NCBI RefSeq assembly: GCF_016432865.1
Contig: NC_067400.1
Coordinates: 611,960,269-612,004,000, forward strand
DNA: 43,732 bases
Reading direction: 5' to 3'
Source of the DNA: Antechinus flavipes
Taxonomy: Eukaryota
Position 1 is the stretch's first letter. Each line of letters begins with the position of its first letter. Positions 8,482 through 21,182 of this stretch are shown one piece after another. A program made the translations under genes and the position numbers. The notes beneath the pieces were generated by a model. That model was given only the letters and a program-made list of their open reading frames with translations, did not search any database and was not told the DNA's origin.

Positions 8482-11400
8482 TCAGGGTCGCTCCTCCAGG
8501 AACCGGTAGGTCGGGTTCTCATACCCGTGTCTCTGCAGCTCTCGGAGCTGCTGCTCCTCCAGGCTCAGCATTGGGTCCACCTGGGGCCAGGGAGGGAATC
8601 GGGAGCCTTGAAAGGCCTGAGCCCCGGACCTCCCCAGTGACCTTTGAACCCCAGTGCCCCGTGATCTCCCAGGACCCCTGCACGTCCCCTCCGCGGGCGG
8701 GCTCACCTCCACAACCCCGTGGCTGATGGCCCCGTAAGGCCGCCGCCTCCGGGCCACCAGCAGGGACAGGACCACGACGGCCGCCACGGCCACGGCCACG
8801 ACCAGGAGCCCGGCCACGGCCCCGCGGGCCACCCCTGTCCCTGCACCCATCCCCGGCTCCTGCGGGAGAAAGCAGCGTCACAGCCTGCCCGGCCCGGGGT
8901 CCCGTGCCCATCCCCGCCTCTGCCAGCCCGCCCCCCGCCCCAGCCGCTTACCAGCTCGTCCCTCTGGATCTCCGGGGAGCGGAACGGGAGGCCCCGGGGG
9001 ATGGAGACGTTCACCTGGGGGGAGAAGGCATTCAGGAGCCGCTGAGGGCGCCCTTCCTCCCCCTGCTCCTCCTGGGCACTGGCTCCCGCCCCCGCGTCCC
9101 TCCTCCAGCCCCTCGGAGAACCCGGCCCCGGCCTCTCAGAGACGAGACCCCTGACCAGCCCCCTCACCTTGTGCTCTGGAAGTCGCTCAGCTCCATCCCC
9201 TTCAGTGAAGCCTGCACCCAGGAAACCCCGACTTAGACTCCAACTGGGCCCAGCCCCGCCCCCAGCCCCTCCCCAGAGACCTCCTCAGAACCCTCAACCC
9301 CTCCCCGAGACTCCCTAGGAACTCCCACCCCCCCACGCTCTCCCCGGAGCCCCCCCAGTCCCTCCTGGGGACCTGCTAGGAACCCCCAGCCCCCTAGCCC
9401 CTCCCCAGAACCCCCAGCTCCTCCCCAAAGAGCTCCCCGGAACCCCCACCCCCACCCCAGGGACTCCAGAGCAGATTTCACATCCAGTCACTCACCTTTA
9501 AGAGGCATTGTTGCACCCATGTCTGTCGCGGGGAGTGGGGAGGGGAGGGAGAGAGGCAAGAGATTAGGGAAGGTGGCGGGAAATGTCCCTTTTGCCTGCC
9601 GGCCCCCTCCTGCCCTCCCCCCATCGGTCACCTTCTTCCGTGGCGGGGGGCAGGGGGGCACCCCCATCCTCACTGCTGCCCCCTGGGGCGGGCGCCTCCA
9701 GCTCCCCCGGACCCAGATGCTCAGCCCGGAGCAGCTCCTCTGCAGGGGAGAGTTGGGAAGAGGACCTGAAAGGCCGCCCTGGGAAGGGCCGGGGAGGGGC
9801 GAGGGGCGGGGCGGGGTCAGGGGGTGTGTTGGGGCGGGGGCGGGTACCCACGGATTTGGGGCTGAAGCTCCCGGGCCAGGTGCGGGTTCTGCTCAAGCAG
9901 CCCCAGGCTCTGATTCATGCGTTCCTCGATCACCTGGAGGTGGGTCTGAACCTGGAGTTTGGAAAGGAGGGGCTGTTAGTGCCGAGGGGCCTTGGAGGAA
10001 ATCCCCATGAGCCCCGAGACGGTGGCCAGCTGGGATCCAGAAGCGGAAGGGGGACGGGGGTGCTGGCGGCGCCCCGCAGGGCCTGGGGGCTGGGAACGGG
10101 GGCGGAGCTAAGAAGCTCCCTGCCCTCCCTACCTGGAAGCGCATCTGCTCTGCCTTCTCCGGGTCCACGGCGGCCACATGCTGGTAGTGGCGGATGGTGT
10201 GTCTTTGTTCCTTCTGCTCGGCCCGCAGGTACCGTTTCAGGGCCTGGAGCACTCGCTCTGCCTGCGGGGGAGACCCAGGTGTCCAGCCCCGCGGCCGCAC
10301 CCTCAGGGACACGCCCCCAGTCATCTGGTCCCCCACATAAGGGTCCCTGCTCCCTGCCTCCGCGGTCCCTCCTTCCTCGCGGTCCCCCCCTTCCTCATGG
10401 TCCCCCCTTCCTCGCGGTCCCCCCCTTCCTCATGGTCCCTCCTTCCTCGCGGTCCCCCTCTTCCTCGCGGTCCCCCCCTTCCTCGCGGTCCCCCTCTTCC
10501 TCGCGGTCCCCCCTTTGTTGCGGTCCCCCCTTTGTTGTGGTCCCCCCTTCCTCGCGGTTCCTCCCTCTTCGCGGTCCCCCCCTCTTCGCGGTCCCCCCTT
10601 CCTCGCGGTCCCCCCCTTCCTCATGGTCCCCCCTTCCTCGCGGTCCCCCCTTCCTCGCGGTCCCCCCTTCCTCGCGGTCCCTCCTTCCTCCTGGGCCCCC
10701 CCTTCCTCACGGCCCCAAGTCTGCAGCCTCCAGGTGCAGCCTCAGGAAGCCTGGCGTCGGGTCCCAGCCCCCTCACCTGGGGCTCGTCCCCCTGAAGAGC
10801 TGCCAGGAAGCCTTCTAGGGCCGCTCGGCGCTGGTCGTTGATGAGGGCAATGACTCGGGCAGCGTGGGTCTCCACCAGCCGCTGCCGCTCCCCGGAGACC
10901 TGCTCCTCCAACGTCTGCAGGATGGACTGGAAGTGCTACGGGGGAAGGACGGGACAGGCTATGGGCCGCTGCTGAGGGCTGGACACGGTGGTCACACGGC
11001 CCCTTCGGTCTGGCCAGCGAGGGTCCAAGGGGCGGGCCAGAGGGTGCTCACCTCGTTCAGAGCTTGCCGGTCGGTCTTAGGGAGGTTCCTGGCTTGATTG
11101 TCGGCCTCGGCCCATTCCCGCATGACCTGCCACGGGGGAGTCACATCAGTCCCCCAAGGTTGCCCCCGTCCTCTCCCCAAACCTAGGGGACTCGAGGAGG
11201 ATTCTCTTTGGGCCAGCCCTTCAGGGTGTTGGGGGGAACTCAGGGTTATTTGGAAGTTTGAAGCTGTCTTGGAATGTTCCGGGGGCACCCGGAGGGACTG
11301 AGTGTGGATGACCACATGGGCTTTTCCCTTTTTTGCTGTCGTTTGTTTGCTTTTTGTTTTCTTTCCCGGCTTTTCCCCTTTTGATCTGATTTTTCTTGTG

Positions 11401-14400
11401 CACTATGATCATTATGGAAATATGTATAGAAGAACTGCACGTTTTACATATATTGGATCACTTGCCATCTAGGGGGGAGGGAAGGAGGGAGGGGAAAGGT
11501 GGGAGGAAGGGAGAAAAATTTGGAACACAAGGTTTCGCAAGTGTGAGTGTTGAAAATTCTCTATGGATGTGTTTTGGAAATAAAAGCTTAAAAAACCCCA
11601 AATGTTATTGGGGTGGTCCGTGGGGTAACTGGAAGTTCCTGGACATTACTGGGGCAGGAGCCTCTGGTGTTTGTGGGAATATCTAGGGCATTCAGGTGAT
11701 TTCAGAAGCTCCAGGGACATGGCTCATGCTCCCCATTTTATTAACCTATCATATTATAGGGAATATAGGGAATACTGAGGTTACTGGCATGGCATGGGGT
11801 TCAAAGTATGATGAAAGAGCCACTGATCTGCCCCATCAAGGAAGGCACCCTAGGATTATCGGAGCAAAATTCTGGGTGCCCATTGGCTATTGAGGGGTCC
11901 AGGGATTTTTTTTTTCTTGCTGAGGCAACTGGGGATAAGTGATTTGCCCAGGGTCACAGCCAGGGTGCAGGGATTTTTAAAGAGGTCTGACAGGGAGCGT
12001 TCTTGGGCAAAGGGGTACCGGGGCAGGCTCCAGGGGGGCCCACCTCGTTAATCTGCCGCATCCGCCTTTCCTCCAGATCCATCTTAGCCCTCAGGAAGCC
12101 CGCGTGCTCGCCACCCTCTCCCGGCATCCCAAAGTACACATCCACACCGTCGGTGGGCCGGGCCGTCGGGCTCCCTGTGGGGTCCGAGAACGACTGCGCT
12201 GTAATGGCCTCCCTCAGCACTGCCGAGGCTACTCGGGGCTGCCGAGAATTAGAGCCTCCCTCTGGGAGTCTGGACCCCCGAACATAGGGGCTTTTGTGGG
12301 TGGCCCCTCTCCTTCCTCCCGAGGGCTGTGCCAGCCTCAGTGAAGAGCCAGCCTGACTCAGGCTCCGGGTACCTGGGGGGCCCCGACTCTGGGGGTGAGT
12401 CTCACCTTTGCTGGCCCTGGAAGGGGGTTGGGTGCTGGGGTGCTGGAGCCTCCTGGCTTCTCCCTCCCCGTCTTCTTCATCCTCCCCGGGGGGCTCCACA
12501 AAATAGTCATCCACCGTCTGAGGAAAGGACTCCTCTTCCTCCTCCTCTTCCTCCTCCCCCCCAGGGGACTGTGGCTGGGTGGGAGCGTCACTGGAGAGAC
12601 GGTGAGACCCCAGAACTGGCTGTGGGACCCACAGGCCTCCGGCACCCAGCACCCGCTTCCCAACTTTCGGGGACACAGGCCTGCCAGACTCAACCTCGGG
12701 CTCCCATTCAGCCTCCCCCCTCCCCGGTTCCTACCCATCTGGCAGGCTAGCCTGGCCCTCCTGGAGCCTCAGGGGCTCACCTGTGGGGGGTCCGCGGAGG
12801 CGTGGAGGTGCCTGGAGCCGGGCAGCATACGTACTCCACACCCCGAAATCGATCTGTTCCACATGGGAGGAGCATCCCGGAGCCGTGAAGAACCAGGCCC
12901 TCCGAGTGGCAAGCCTGAGGGAGAAAGCATGGAGGGCTTTGGGGGGTGGGGTACAAGGGAGAGTGTGGGGGAAGGGAGTGAGCCGAGGGGGATGGGAGGC
13001 GGGGCTGGGGCCCAAAGGTTAGGGAGATGGAGCACTAGGATCTGCGGGAGACAGGGCCCGGATGTGGGGCCTCTACCGTGGGGCCAGGGTAGCCGAGATC
13101 CTGCCTCACCTCTTGAGCCTGACGGTGCCTGTAGGCTGAGCCTTCACACTCATCCATCCTCTCCTGGTGCAGGAACTTGCACCCCTCAGGAACCAAGAGG
13201 GCCTCACTCACAAACTCACCGGCTGTAGGGAGACCGGGCGGATAAATGGCCCCCTCCTCTCCGCCGCCCAGACGCCCACCTCAGGGACTGGGGGTGTTTG
13301 CTCCCCAGGTGTCTCGGTCCCGCCCCCACTTTCTCAGTGCCACCTGGGGTCAGGGCTGCTCCCACTCACGCAGGCAGTGATAGGGGATCACCACGTGGTG
13401 GGGGCATCTGGTCCCGCGGGCACCCCCACACCAGCGCTCCATTGGGATGGGTCGTGAGGCTTCCTCCACGCGGCCGATCTGGAGGTCGGGGTACACCTGG
13501 GGTGGGGGAACGGCGTGGGGGTTCCATGGAGAGGGGAGCTCGCAGTTCTCCCCCTCCCAAAGGCTTTTCCCGAATCCGAAGATTTCAGCTTTGCTCCCAC
13601 GTCCACGCACGGCTCCACCCCCGATGGTCGCCACCCACGGCTGCCCTGGCCATCCTAAGCCCCGCCCCTTCAGACCCCCGGCTCGGCCCGGCCCCCTCAG
13701 GCCCCGCCCACCTGTCTGCAATAAGCCAGCACGTGCTGCGGGTCTCGGAGGCAGCGGCGTGAGTGCTGGGGGTCAGGTTCCCAGCGGCCTGTGCGCAGGT
13801 CTCTGTGCAGGGTCAGCCGCCCGCAGAGCCCAGCCACTTGGGGGACCCCCGCGATCTGAAAAGCGCAGGAAGCACGAGAGGGTTGAGAGCGAAGAACCCC
13901 AAGTCCGGGAGGCTGGCCCCGGCCCACGGCCCCGCCCCCTCAGGGACCCAGGAGTCCCGACTCCGACATCAGAGATCTCGGGCATCCGGACCCCCGGACT
14001 CCGCCCCCCTCGAGGACCCAGGCATCCGAGCCCCATCTCTAGTCCCCCCTCAGGGATCCAGGCCCCAGCCCCCGCTGCGGTGCAGATGGCGTTGCCAAGG
14101 CAACTGCTCCGGAGGGGATGGGGGTCGCCATGGAGACTGGGTCCCAGGTGAATCGCCTGGCATCACCGGCTGGTTACCGCGGAGACCGACCCTCCTTCCC
14201 GCTGCCGCACCCCCGTCCTCTCTGGCCCGCGGGGGCGGGGGGCGGCACAGGCTGGGGTCTTTCTCTGGTCTCGTTCACTCCCCCACCCCGTGACCCGGTT
14301 GCTTTGGTCCCCTAAGCCGCGATGCAAGGACCCAGGAGTCTAGGCCTCCAGCCCCTACCCCACTCAAGGGCCTGCAAACGTCCTGATCCTACAACCCTTG

Positions 14401-14806
14401 CCCCCATCAGGCTCTCGTGCGTTTTATGCTCACCGACCCTCTTCCCTCAAAGAGCGGGGTCCGGCTGGTGCAGGGCCGCGGGTGTCCCCTCCCCTCCAGC
14501 CTCAGGCGTCCAGACCCCCAACCCGTTCGGAGCCCCACCCCCCATTTCAACCGCAGGTTCTGGGGACTGCAGAGCGAGAGTCGGGGTGGGGTGGGATGGG
14601 GAGGGCGGGGGGGGGCGGCTTTGGGCGTCTGGATCCCCCACCTCACCCGCAGTCGGGGGCGTGGGTCTCACCTCCCTGGGGCTAGGCGTCCCCCTGGATG
14701 AGCTCCCGGGCGCTGGGAGCAGCAGCAGCAGTAGCAAAAGCGGCAGCAACAGCAGCGAACCGAGGCGGCGTCCGAGCCCACGGGCCGCGGGGTTCGCTGA
14801 CCCCAT
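8482..14806 (-). CDS. APLP1: Amyloid beta precursor-like protein 1, 641 aa
   Basis: 17 exons: 14672-14806, 13712-13855, 13370-13496, 13110-13222, 12781-12914, 12406-12590, 12044-12174, 11052-11126, 10777-10935, 10133-10261, 9852-9951, 9632-9739, 9496-9522, 9168-9211, 8952-9014, 8707-8859, 8482-8580, all GT-AG and in phase. Leu-rich signal peptide, E1 ([11 protein letters not shown]), acidic stretch, E2 (VMREW), no KPI exon, TM helix, GYENPTY, C-terminus FLEERP. Confidence 0.97.
10357..10715. repeat. ~17-bp CpG-containing minisatellite (~21 copies) in APLP1 intron 9
   Basis: Unit ccccccttcctcgcggt with variants (ctcatggt, cttcgcggt, tttgttgcggt). Confidence 0.92.
11400..11600 (+). mobile_element. 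Marsupial L1 3'-UTR tail fragment
   Basis: tgatcattatggaaatatgtatag...cttgccatctagggggagg...tttggaacacaaggt...aaataaaagc. The same family recurs at ~28500-28800, 31810-32085 and 33855-33970. Confidence 0.75.
14091..14186. promoter_or_regulatory. Cluster of three RFX X-box motifs in APLP1 intron 1
   Basis: GTTGCCAAGGCAAC 14091-14104 (near-palindromic, full consensus), GTCGCCATGGAGAC 14124-14137, GTTACCGCGGAGAC 14173-14186. Confidence 0.6.
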
Positions 14807-16333
14807 GTCCGGGCCGGGGCTGGGGCCCGAGCCCCCTTCTCTGTCTCCCCTGCCCGGCCCTGCAGCGAGCCCTGGGCCCGCGATCTCCTTCCTCGGCTGG
14901 GCCGGCCTTCCTTCTGGCTCAGCCGAGCTCGCCCTACCCTTCCCCCAGTCCTTGGTTGGTCGCCCTCCTTTCACTCCTCCGGCCCCCTCCCCCGGGTTTC
15001 CCCGCCCTGGGCCCGCCGGTGACAGGAGCTCCCAGCACCGCCGCCGCCTCCTCCTGCTGCTGCCCCCCCCAGCCCCGGGCTGCGCCGGCGCCGCCAGCCC
15101 CGCCCCGGCCCCGCCTCCCCGGTCGGGACAATAGCGCGGGTGAGAGTGCCTGCCCTGCTGCACGCCCTGGGCCCAGGCCTCCTTCCGGACCTTTCGGGGC
15201 CCCGCCTTGCCTCGGAGATCTCAGCGCGATGCTCCCAGACTCTTGACCTTCAGGGGTCACCCCCCTCCCCAGCCCCAGTCCTCGTCCGCCTCCCGCCCCA
15301 AACGGGAGAGTTACCACCTCACCATTACAGCATCTCCACTCCCCCCGCCCCAGCCTGCGCTGCCTCGGCCGCTGAACGTGGGCAAACCGGGGAAGGGTCC
15401 TGAACTGGGGCTGGGGCGGCGGCCAGCTTCCCCCTGGACCTGCCAGGTTCAGTGTCTCTGGGGCTTTGGGGATTTAACCTTGGAGACAAGTCTGCCTGTG
15501 GAGGTGGGGAACCCCGACCCCTAGAACTCCCCTCCTCATTCACCCCAACTCTCACTCTGAGGTCTCCAGAACCCACAGCTGAATGGGAGTGGGTACCCCG
15601 TGGGTACCCCGGACGCCGGGGTCTGGAAGGGGGGTAGGCTGGGATCCCGACACCTGTACCCCTGAACCTTCAGTGCCCGCCCTCTGGGATGGTTGATGTT
15701 TATAAATTTTTCTCACAGTACATTTTTCCATTTTTTTAATTAAACATAAATATTCAAACCCCAACATTCACTCCTTATTTCCGGATTTGTATTTGCCTCA
15801 GCAATGGGGTCATCGCAAGAAATGTGCCCCCATTCCCTCCTTCCCTGCATCAGGCTGGTGTGGCACCAGAGTCCACCATCTTGCATCCCTGGTGTCAGAA
15901 GCCATCTTGGCACAGTTTCCATGAGACTGCCATCTACCAGGCAATGGAGAAGCATCCGTTCTCGGTCCTTACACCATCACAAATCTGCTTCCTGGGCAGG
16001 GCAGGCCTTTTCTCCCCCACATTGAAAGCAAGTCTCCTTGGTTCCAGACTTGTCGCTTCCCCTTGCCCATCCTAGCCCATCTGCCACTTTTGAGTTCTCT
16101 TGACTCAAGTGAATTGAGAGTCCTGTTTACACTTGGGCCTTTTCCATTTGCTGAGCCAGGTGTCCATCAAAGTCAGGCTCCTCCTCCCCACCCCCATATC
16201 CAGTCTTGGGTTGCTATCTTGAGGGGGAAACCTTCTTGGTTGCCCAATGATTAGACCCAAGAAAGGCCTGGACCCTTTACAGAGGCCTCCCATTGGCTGG
16301 CGTGGGTGACCAGCTATCAGTCTGAGGGGCAGG

Positions 16334-19300
16334 TCACACGTGGGTCTGAAGGCGCTGGTGGCCAGGAACGGGGATGACCGTGTAGGAATAAGGCGAGGGC
16401 CCCGGAGCCGGGTCAGGGGTTCCGTAGGGGGTGGGTTTGACGTAGCTGGTGAAAGCTCGGGTGTAGGGAGTGGTGAGGTAACCCTCCCGAGGCCGGTAGA
16501 GACCACCCAGGTCTGGGGGGAATAAGGCCAGGTGAGGGGTCAGGTCATAGAAGCCAGAAGGACTGCCCGAGAAGACGGGAGATGCTGGAGAGGAGAACAG
16601 GGCGGCTCCAGGGTCCTGGCTCACACTCACACCTCGAACCTTATAGTAGCCATTAGTGGGATCCTGGGGGGAGATTTTTAAAAAAGGGAAAAATAAAAGG
16701 TGAAGGTTGAAGATGAGGAGCCAGAAAACCAACGGAGATCAAGGGGCCAGCGGAGGCTCACGGAGAGAGAGCTCCGATGTAAGGGGGGGCACGCATGGGC
16801 AAGGCCGAAGCCAGCCACCAGAGCCGCCCCCAACACCTTTGAGGGAGACAGGAAAGCTCCCAGAGATAACAGGGAGACTGGGTGGCGGCTGACAGACCAG
16901 GAGGAGAAACCCGGGGTGACCCAGAGACAGGAGCCGCAACCAGGAGGTCCCTGAACTAAGGTGGAGAAGCTTCTGGCTGGGGCTGGAAATTGGGGGGAGG
17001 GGGCAGGACAACCTTGGCACACTGGAAGGGGAAGCCCGGAGTAGGAGGGCACAGTGGCTGTGCCGGGACAAAGGAGACCAGGGACTGAATGACGGGGTGA
17101 GGGGAGCCCAGGGAAGACTGAGATAGACATGGAAAAAGGAAGCCGGGAGGTGACTGAGGGGGCCCAGGGGGAGGAGGAGCCAGAAGTCATAGACAGAGCC
17201 CACGGGTTCCAGGCCCCGCCCCTCACGGCCCCGCCCACCTTGGACTCAGGCCCCGCCTCTTCGTCGCCCGCGAGATCGTTCTGCTTGGGGAGGGACGTGC
17301 CGGCGGACTCGCTGCTGGGGACCTGGGGGAGGGGTCGGAGCTGTCAGCGGGTGTCCAGGGAGAGGCCCCCGCTAGGCCCCGGGAGCCACCGCCCGCGCCG
17401 CCCCTTCCGGCCCCGAGCTCGCGGGGCTCTCTGGCGCGGTGGGGCGCTCCCTACCCGGGCTTCCCGGCCGCTTTCCTCCTCCTCCTCGGGCGCCCGAGGG
17501 CTGGAACCGTCGCTGTCGGTGATTTGCACTAGTATGTCCCGCTTGGAGATCCTGGCTCTGGAGCCTGAGGGGGGGGGGGAGAAGGCGGAGTTCGAGGGCG
17601 GCACCTCAGAAACAATGGGGGCCTGAGGGGCAGGGATGGGCGGGGGGAGGGGGAAGGGGGGCGACTACACTGACCTCGGCCTCGGCGCCAGCAGCAGTGG
17701 GCGCCCCCCGCGATCAGCAGCAGCAGCAAGGCGGCGGCCGCCGCAGCCACTCCGGCCACGATGCGCACCAGGGGCAGTGGGTCTGGGAGGGGACACAGAG
17801 GTCAGAGTTAGGGGACAGTTTGGGACCCGGGGGGACCCAGCTCGGCTTGGAGGAGCAAGAAGCCTGGCCGAGGCTGGGTGCAAGGGAAGGGTCCTGGGGG
17901 TTCTGGGGTTTGGGGTGCGTCCCTGGGGAGCGGTCTCCAGGGCTGTGGGCGGCCCGGGGGACTTGGGGAATCCGGGGCCCTCCGTGCTCACCACTGCGGG
18001 TCAGGCCAGCCCGGGCTCCGGCCTCGCCCAGGCGGTTGCGAGCGCTGCAGTTGAAGTCCCGGATGAAGTCCGGTTCCCGAGTCCCGGAGATGTGCAGCAC
18101 CGAGACCAGCCCCCGGCGGCCCCCGCGCGGGGCCCCTGGGGCGGGGAATGTCTCCACTAGGAAGCGGCCTCGAGCTCCCGAGGCCAGGGCGCCCTCGCCC
18201 CAGGACCAGACCTGGGCGAGAAGACCGAGTGAGGCTAGGCGAGGGGATCGGAGCTGGGGGGTGGGGGGGCCCAAGGTTCTTCGGGGAAGAGGGGAAACCC
18301 TTACCACCGCGTCGGGGGCTGGAGAGCCGAGCACTAAACACTCCAGCCGGGCAGGGGCTCCCAGGGCAGCCGGGGGCGAATGCAGAGCAGTCACTGCGGG
18401 GGGGCCTGGGAGGGAGGATTCGAGAGCCAATCAGAGACGGCCCCGTCCCTCGCCCTGGCCTATCCCCTCCCTTTCGTCCTGCCCCCCAACCTCTGCTCAC
18501 CATGCACAGTCAGTGTTGCCTCCCCCAGGCCGCCCCCCACTCCTGAGGGGCCTGGCTCCGCTCGACACTCATAATTTCCTGCATCCCCCGGCCCCACAGC
18601 CGCTAGGCGCAACGTGGGCCCCGAGCCCAGGACCTGGGGAGGCATGGGGAAGAGCCATTAGGGGACATGGCAAGGAGGGAAAGAGCTCAACGAGCCCCTC
18701 CCCCCAGGCCCGAGTCCATTACCTTCGTCCCCCCATGGCGGGTCCAGGTCACTCTGGGGGGCGGGTTCCCCTTCCAGGTGCAGGTGAAAGAGGCGTCTTC
18801 CCCCACATCCACTGCCACTGGCTCAGGTGGGGAGAGGAGGAGGGGGCCGACTGAAGGTTAAAGAGAGACTATTAGTAGGACTCAGGCACCCAGACCTCCC
18901 AACCTCCTCCTCCCAGGCACTGGGACTATCCTCCTCCTGCAGATGTATCCCAATCCTATCAGCCGGACCGAGGCCCAGAGACTTCCCCGGGCCTGCAGGA
19001 ACCCTGGCCAACTCTGGCCACTGCCGCCATCCCCAGCTTCTTTAGGGATCTCCCCTTCCCCTCCCCCCACTCACACTGCACATCCAGTGCTGTGCTCCGG
19101 TTGGTACTGCCCACGGCGTTGGTCACCTCGCAGGACACAGGTTCAGTCAGGAAGGAAGCATCAGCTTTTGCCTCCAACAGAGGCCCCCGAGCTCCGGGAA
19201 GCACAGATCCCCCTTTCGCCCACCTGGGGGATAGGAAAGGTCAATACTGGAGAGTCTCAAACATGGGGGGAAGGAGGGGCAGGGAGTCCTGGGACAGTCC

Positions 19301-21182
19301 CATCAGTGGGGGCTGGGAGCATCTGCAGGGGCTCACCTGTAGCCAGTGACTGGGGGATGGGCTGTTGCTCTGCACAGAAAGGTGACCTTCCCACCCTCAG
19401 GCACTGTCTGGGGCTCGGCAGACAGAGTCACCACGGGGGGATCTAGGAGATGGGAAGGGATTGAAGTCAGTAAGAAGGCCGTACCCAGCATCCTTTCCCC
19501 CAGTCAGTGTGCAGAACCCACAAGTCCAGCTCTCACTTACACTGCAGGCTGAGGGTGACTTCAGTCTGTTTGCCCCTGGGCAGGGCTGGGCTCCGGGCCT
19601 GGCAGATGAAGGAGGCGCCATCATCCCGGGCAGAGGGGGTGATTGAGAGAGAGCTCTCCGCTGCTCCCAAGTTCCCGCTGGCCAGCAGGGTCTGGAGGGG
19701 ATGTGGAAGAAAGGATTAGGGGTAGTGACCTCGCTGACCCGCGTGGAGGGGATGGCTTAGTTTATTTCTGATTGGTCCCTCTGCTCCCTCCTCTGCTCCC
19801 TCTTCTCACCATGACCTCCAAACTTTTGCAAAAGTCTCTATGGGGAATTATTTTCCATTCTCTGACCTCCCTATGCTGTGAAGTAAGAGACGGCTCCAGA
19901 TTCTAGTCTGACCTGGCTGTAGCTGGCTCCCTCCAGACGAACACCGTCCCGAAACCAGAGCAGCTCAGGGGTGGGGCGAGCGCCACCTCGGGTCCGGCAG
20001 GTCAGGTTCCCAGGAACCCCAGCAACTAGAGCCACAGTTGGAGCCCCTAGCACCTCGGGTGCTTCTGGGGGAACTGAGGACAGAAGAACAGTGAACCTTC
20101 ATCTCATCAGAGACCCCAGCCTCGGCCTAGCAAGATCAGGAATAGTCGGGGAACAGTGCAGGCAGAAACTTCTTGAGTGACATATGGGGTGGGGGACAGT
20201 CCTTGAATCCCTCAGGACAAACACACGAATTGGGGGTGGGGTGGGGCTGGACATTTGAGTGGGGCCAAATGCCAGAGTCCAGCTGGAAAAGGGGTCAGGA
20301 ATTACCAAGAACTTGGAGCCGAGCCGGCCGCGAGCGAAGGGCAGCCTGGGTAGCCTGGCACTCATAGGAGGCTTCATCCCCAAGTTCAACTGGCCCAATG
20401 TGCAGATCATGGTGGCCACTGGCCCTGTCTCCTGCGATCCAGTATCGGGACCACCCTGGGGAAGGCACAGAATAAAAGGGGCAGGGTTCCTATGTGGAAA
20501 TCCCAGCCCAGGCTTCCTTAATCTCCCTAGCAGAGATGTTCAAGCCCCTAAAGTCGCTCCCGAGGTGGTCCTCACCAGGCAGATCCCGTTCACCCCCTAG
20601 GGCTAAGCCATCCTTTGTCCACTGAACCAAGCCGTGGTAGCCGCTGAGCGCGCAGGGGAGGATGGCCTCCTCCCCCAGGACAACCTCTAGGTCCTCTGGT
20701 TGCTGTGTGAAGTGGGGAGCGTGGCCTGGCGGGGGAGGAGAGAGGAGTCAGAGCTCAGAGAAGCTGAGAAACCCAGCGAGGCTTGGGAATGCCCAGAGCG
20801 CCCCCGAAGGTAGGGGTGGGAGCACAGCTGGAGTCCCGGGGTCTGGGATCCTCCCGCCAGCAGCTTCCTTTGTCCCCAGTCTCTCCGACGAGTTTTTCCG
20901 GAAGGTGACAGAATTCCAGCCCACCAGGACTAAAGCGTCCGGACTCGGCGCCTCCCTTTTATCCTGGAATCCTGGCAGCCTGAGGCGACAAGGAAACTCG
21001 TTTCTGTCCTTCCCTCCCCGAGCCTTGCTCTGAGGGTCTCTCCCACCCCACCAGAAGGGAAAGAACATATGGGGAAACTGAGGCACTGGCCCTCCTCCGG
21101 GCTCCTCCTATCCCATTCCGTCCTGTCCCGTACCTGCACTGCAGCCGAGGAGGAAGAAGAGAAGCGCGCCCAGTGGAAGCAT
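16334..21182 (-). CDS. KIRREL2: Kin of IRRE-like 2 (NEPH3/filtrin), five Ig domains, 709 aa
   Basis: 15 exons: 21134-21182, 20576-20725, 20306-20455, 19913-20073, 19541-19691, 19337-19442, 19075-19223, 18723-18850, 18501-18633, 18305-18405, 17992-18211, 17675-17782, 17455-17564, 17239-17322, 16334-16663, all GT-AG and in phase. Peptides [38 protein letters not shown] and the PDZ-binding end LQTHV match KIRREL2. Confidence 0.96.

Noticed and set aside
10357-10715. Short regular repeats as a possible CRISPR-like array (also 6690-7045)
   Set aside because: Units are head-to-tail with no unique spacers, sit in eukaryotic introns, and have no cas-like ORFs nearby. They are ordinary minisatellites.
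9583-10841. Long plus-strand ORFs (411, 205, 108 aa) with [12 protein letters not shown] repeats
   Set aside because: They arise from the stop-free 17-bp minisatellite and GC-rich antisense APLP1 sequence. There is no independent gene structure.
17697-18854. 385-aa plus-strand ORF antisense to KIRREL2
   Set aside because: Low-complexity Gly/Pro/Arg translation expected from a CpG island, with no recognisable domain.
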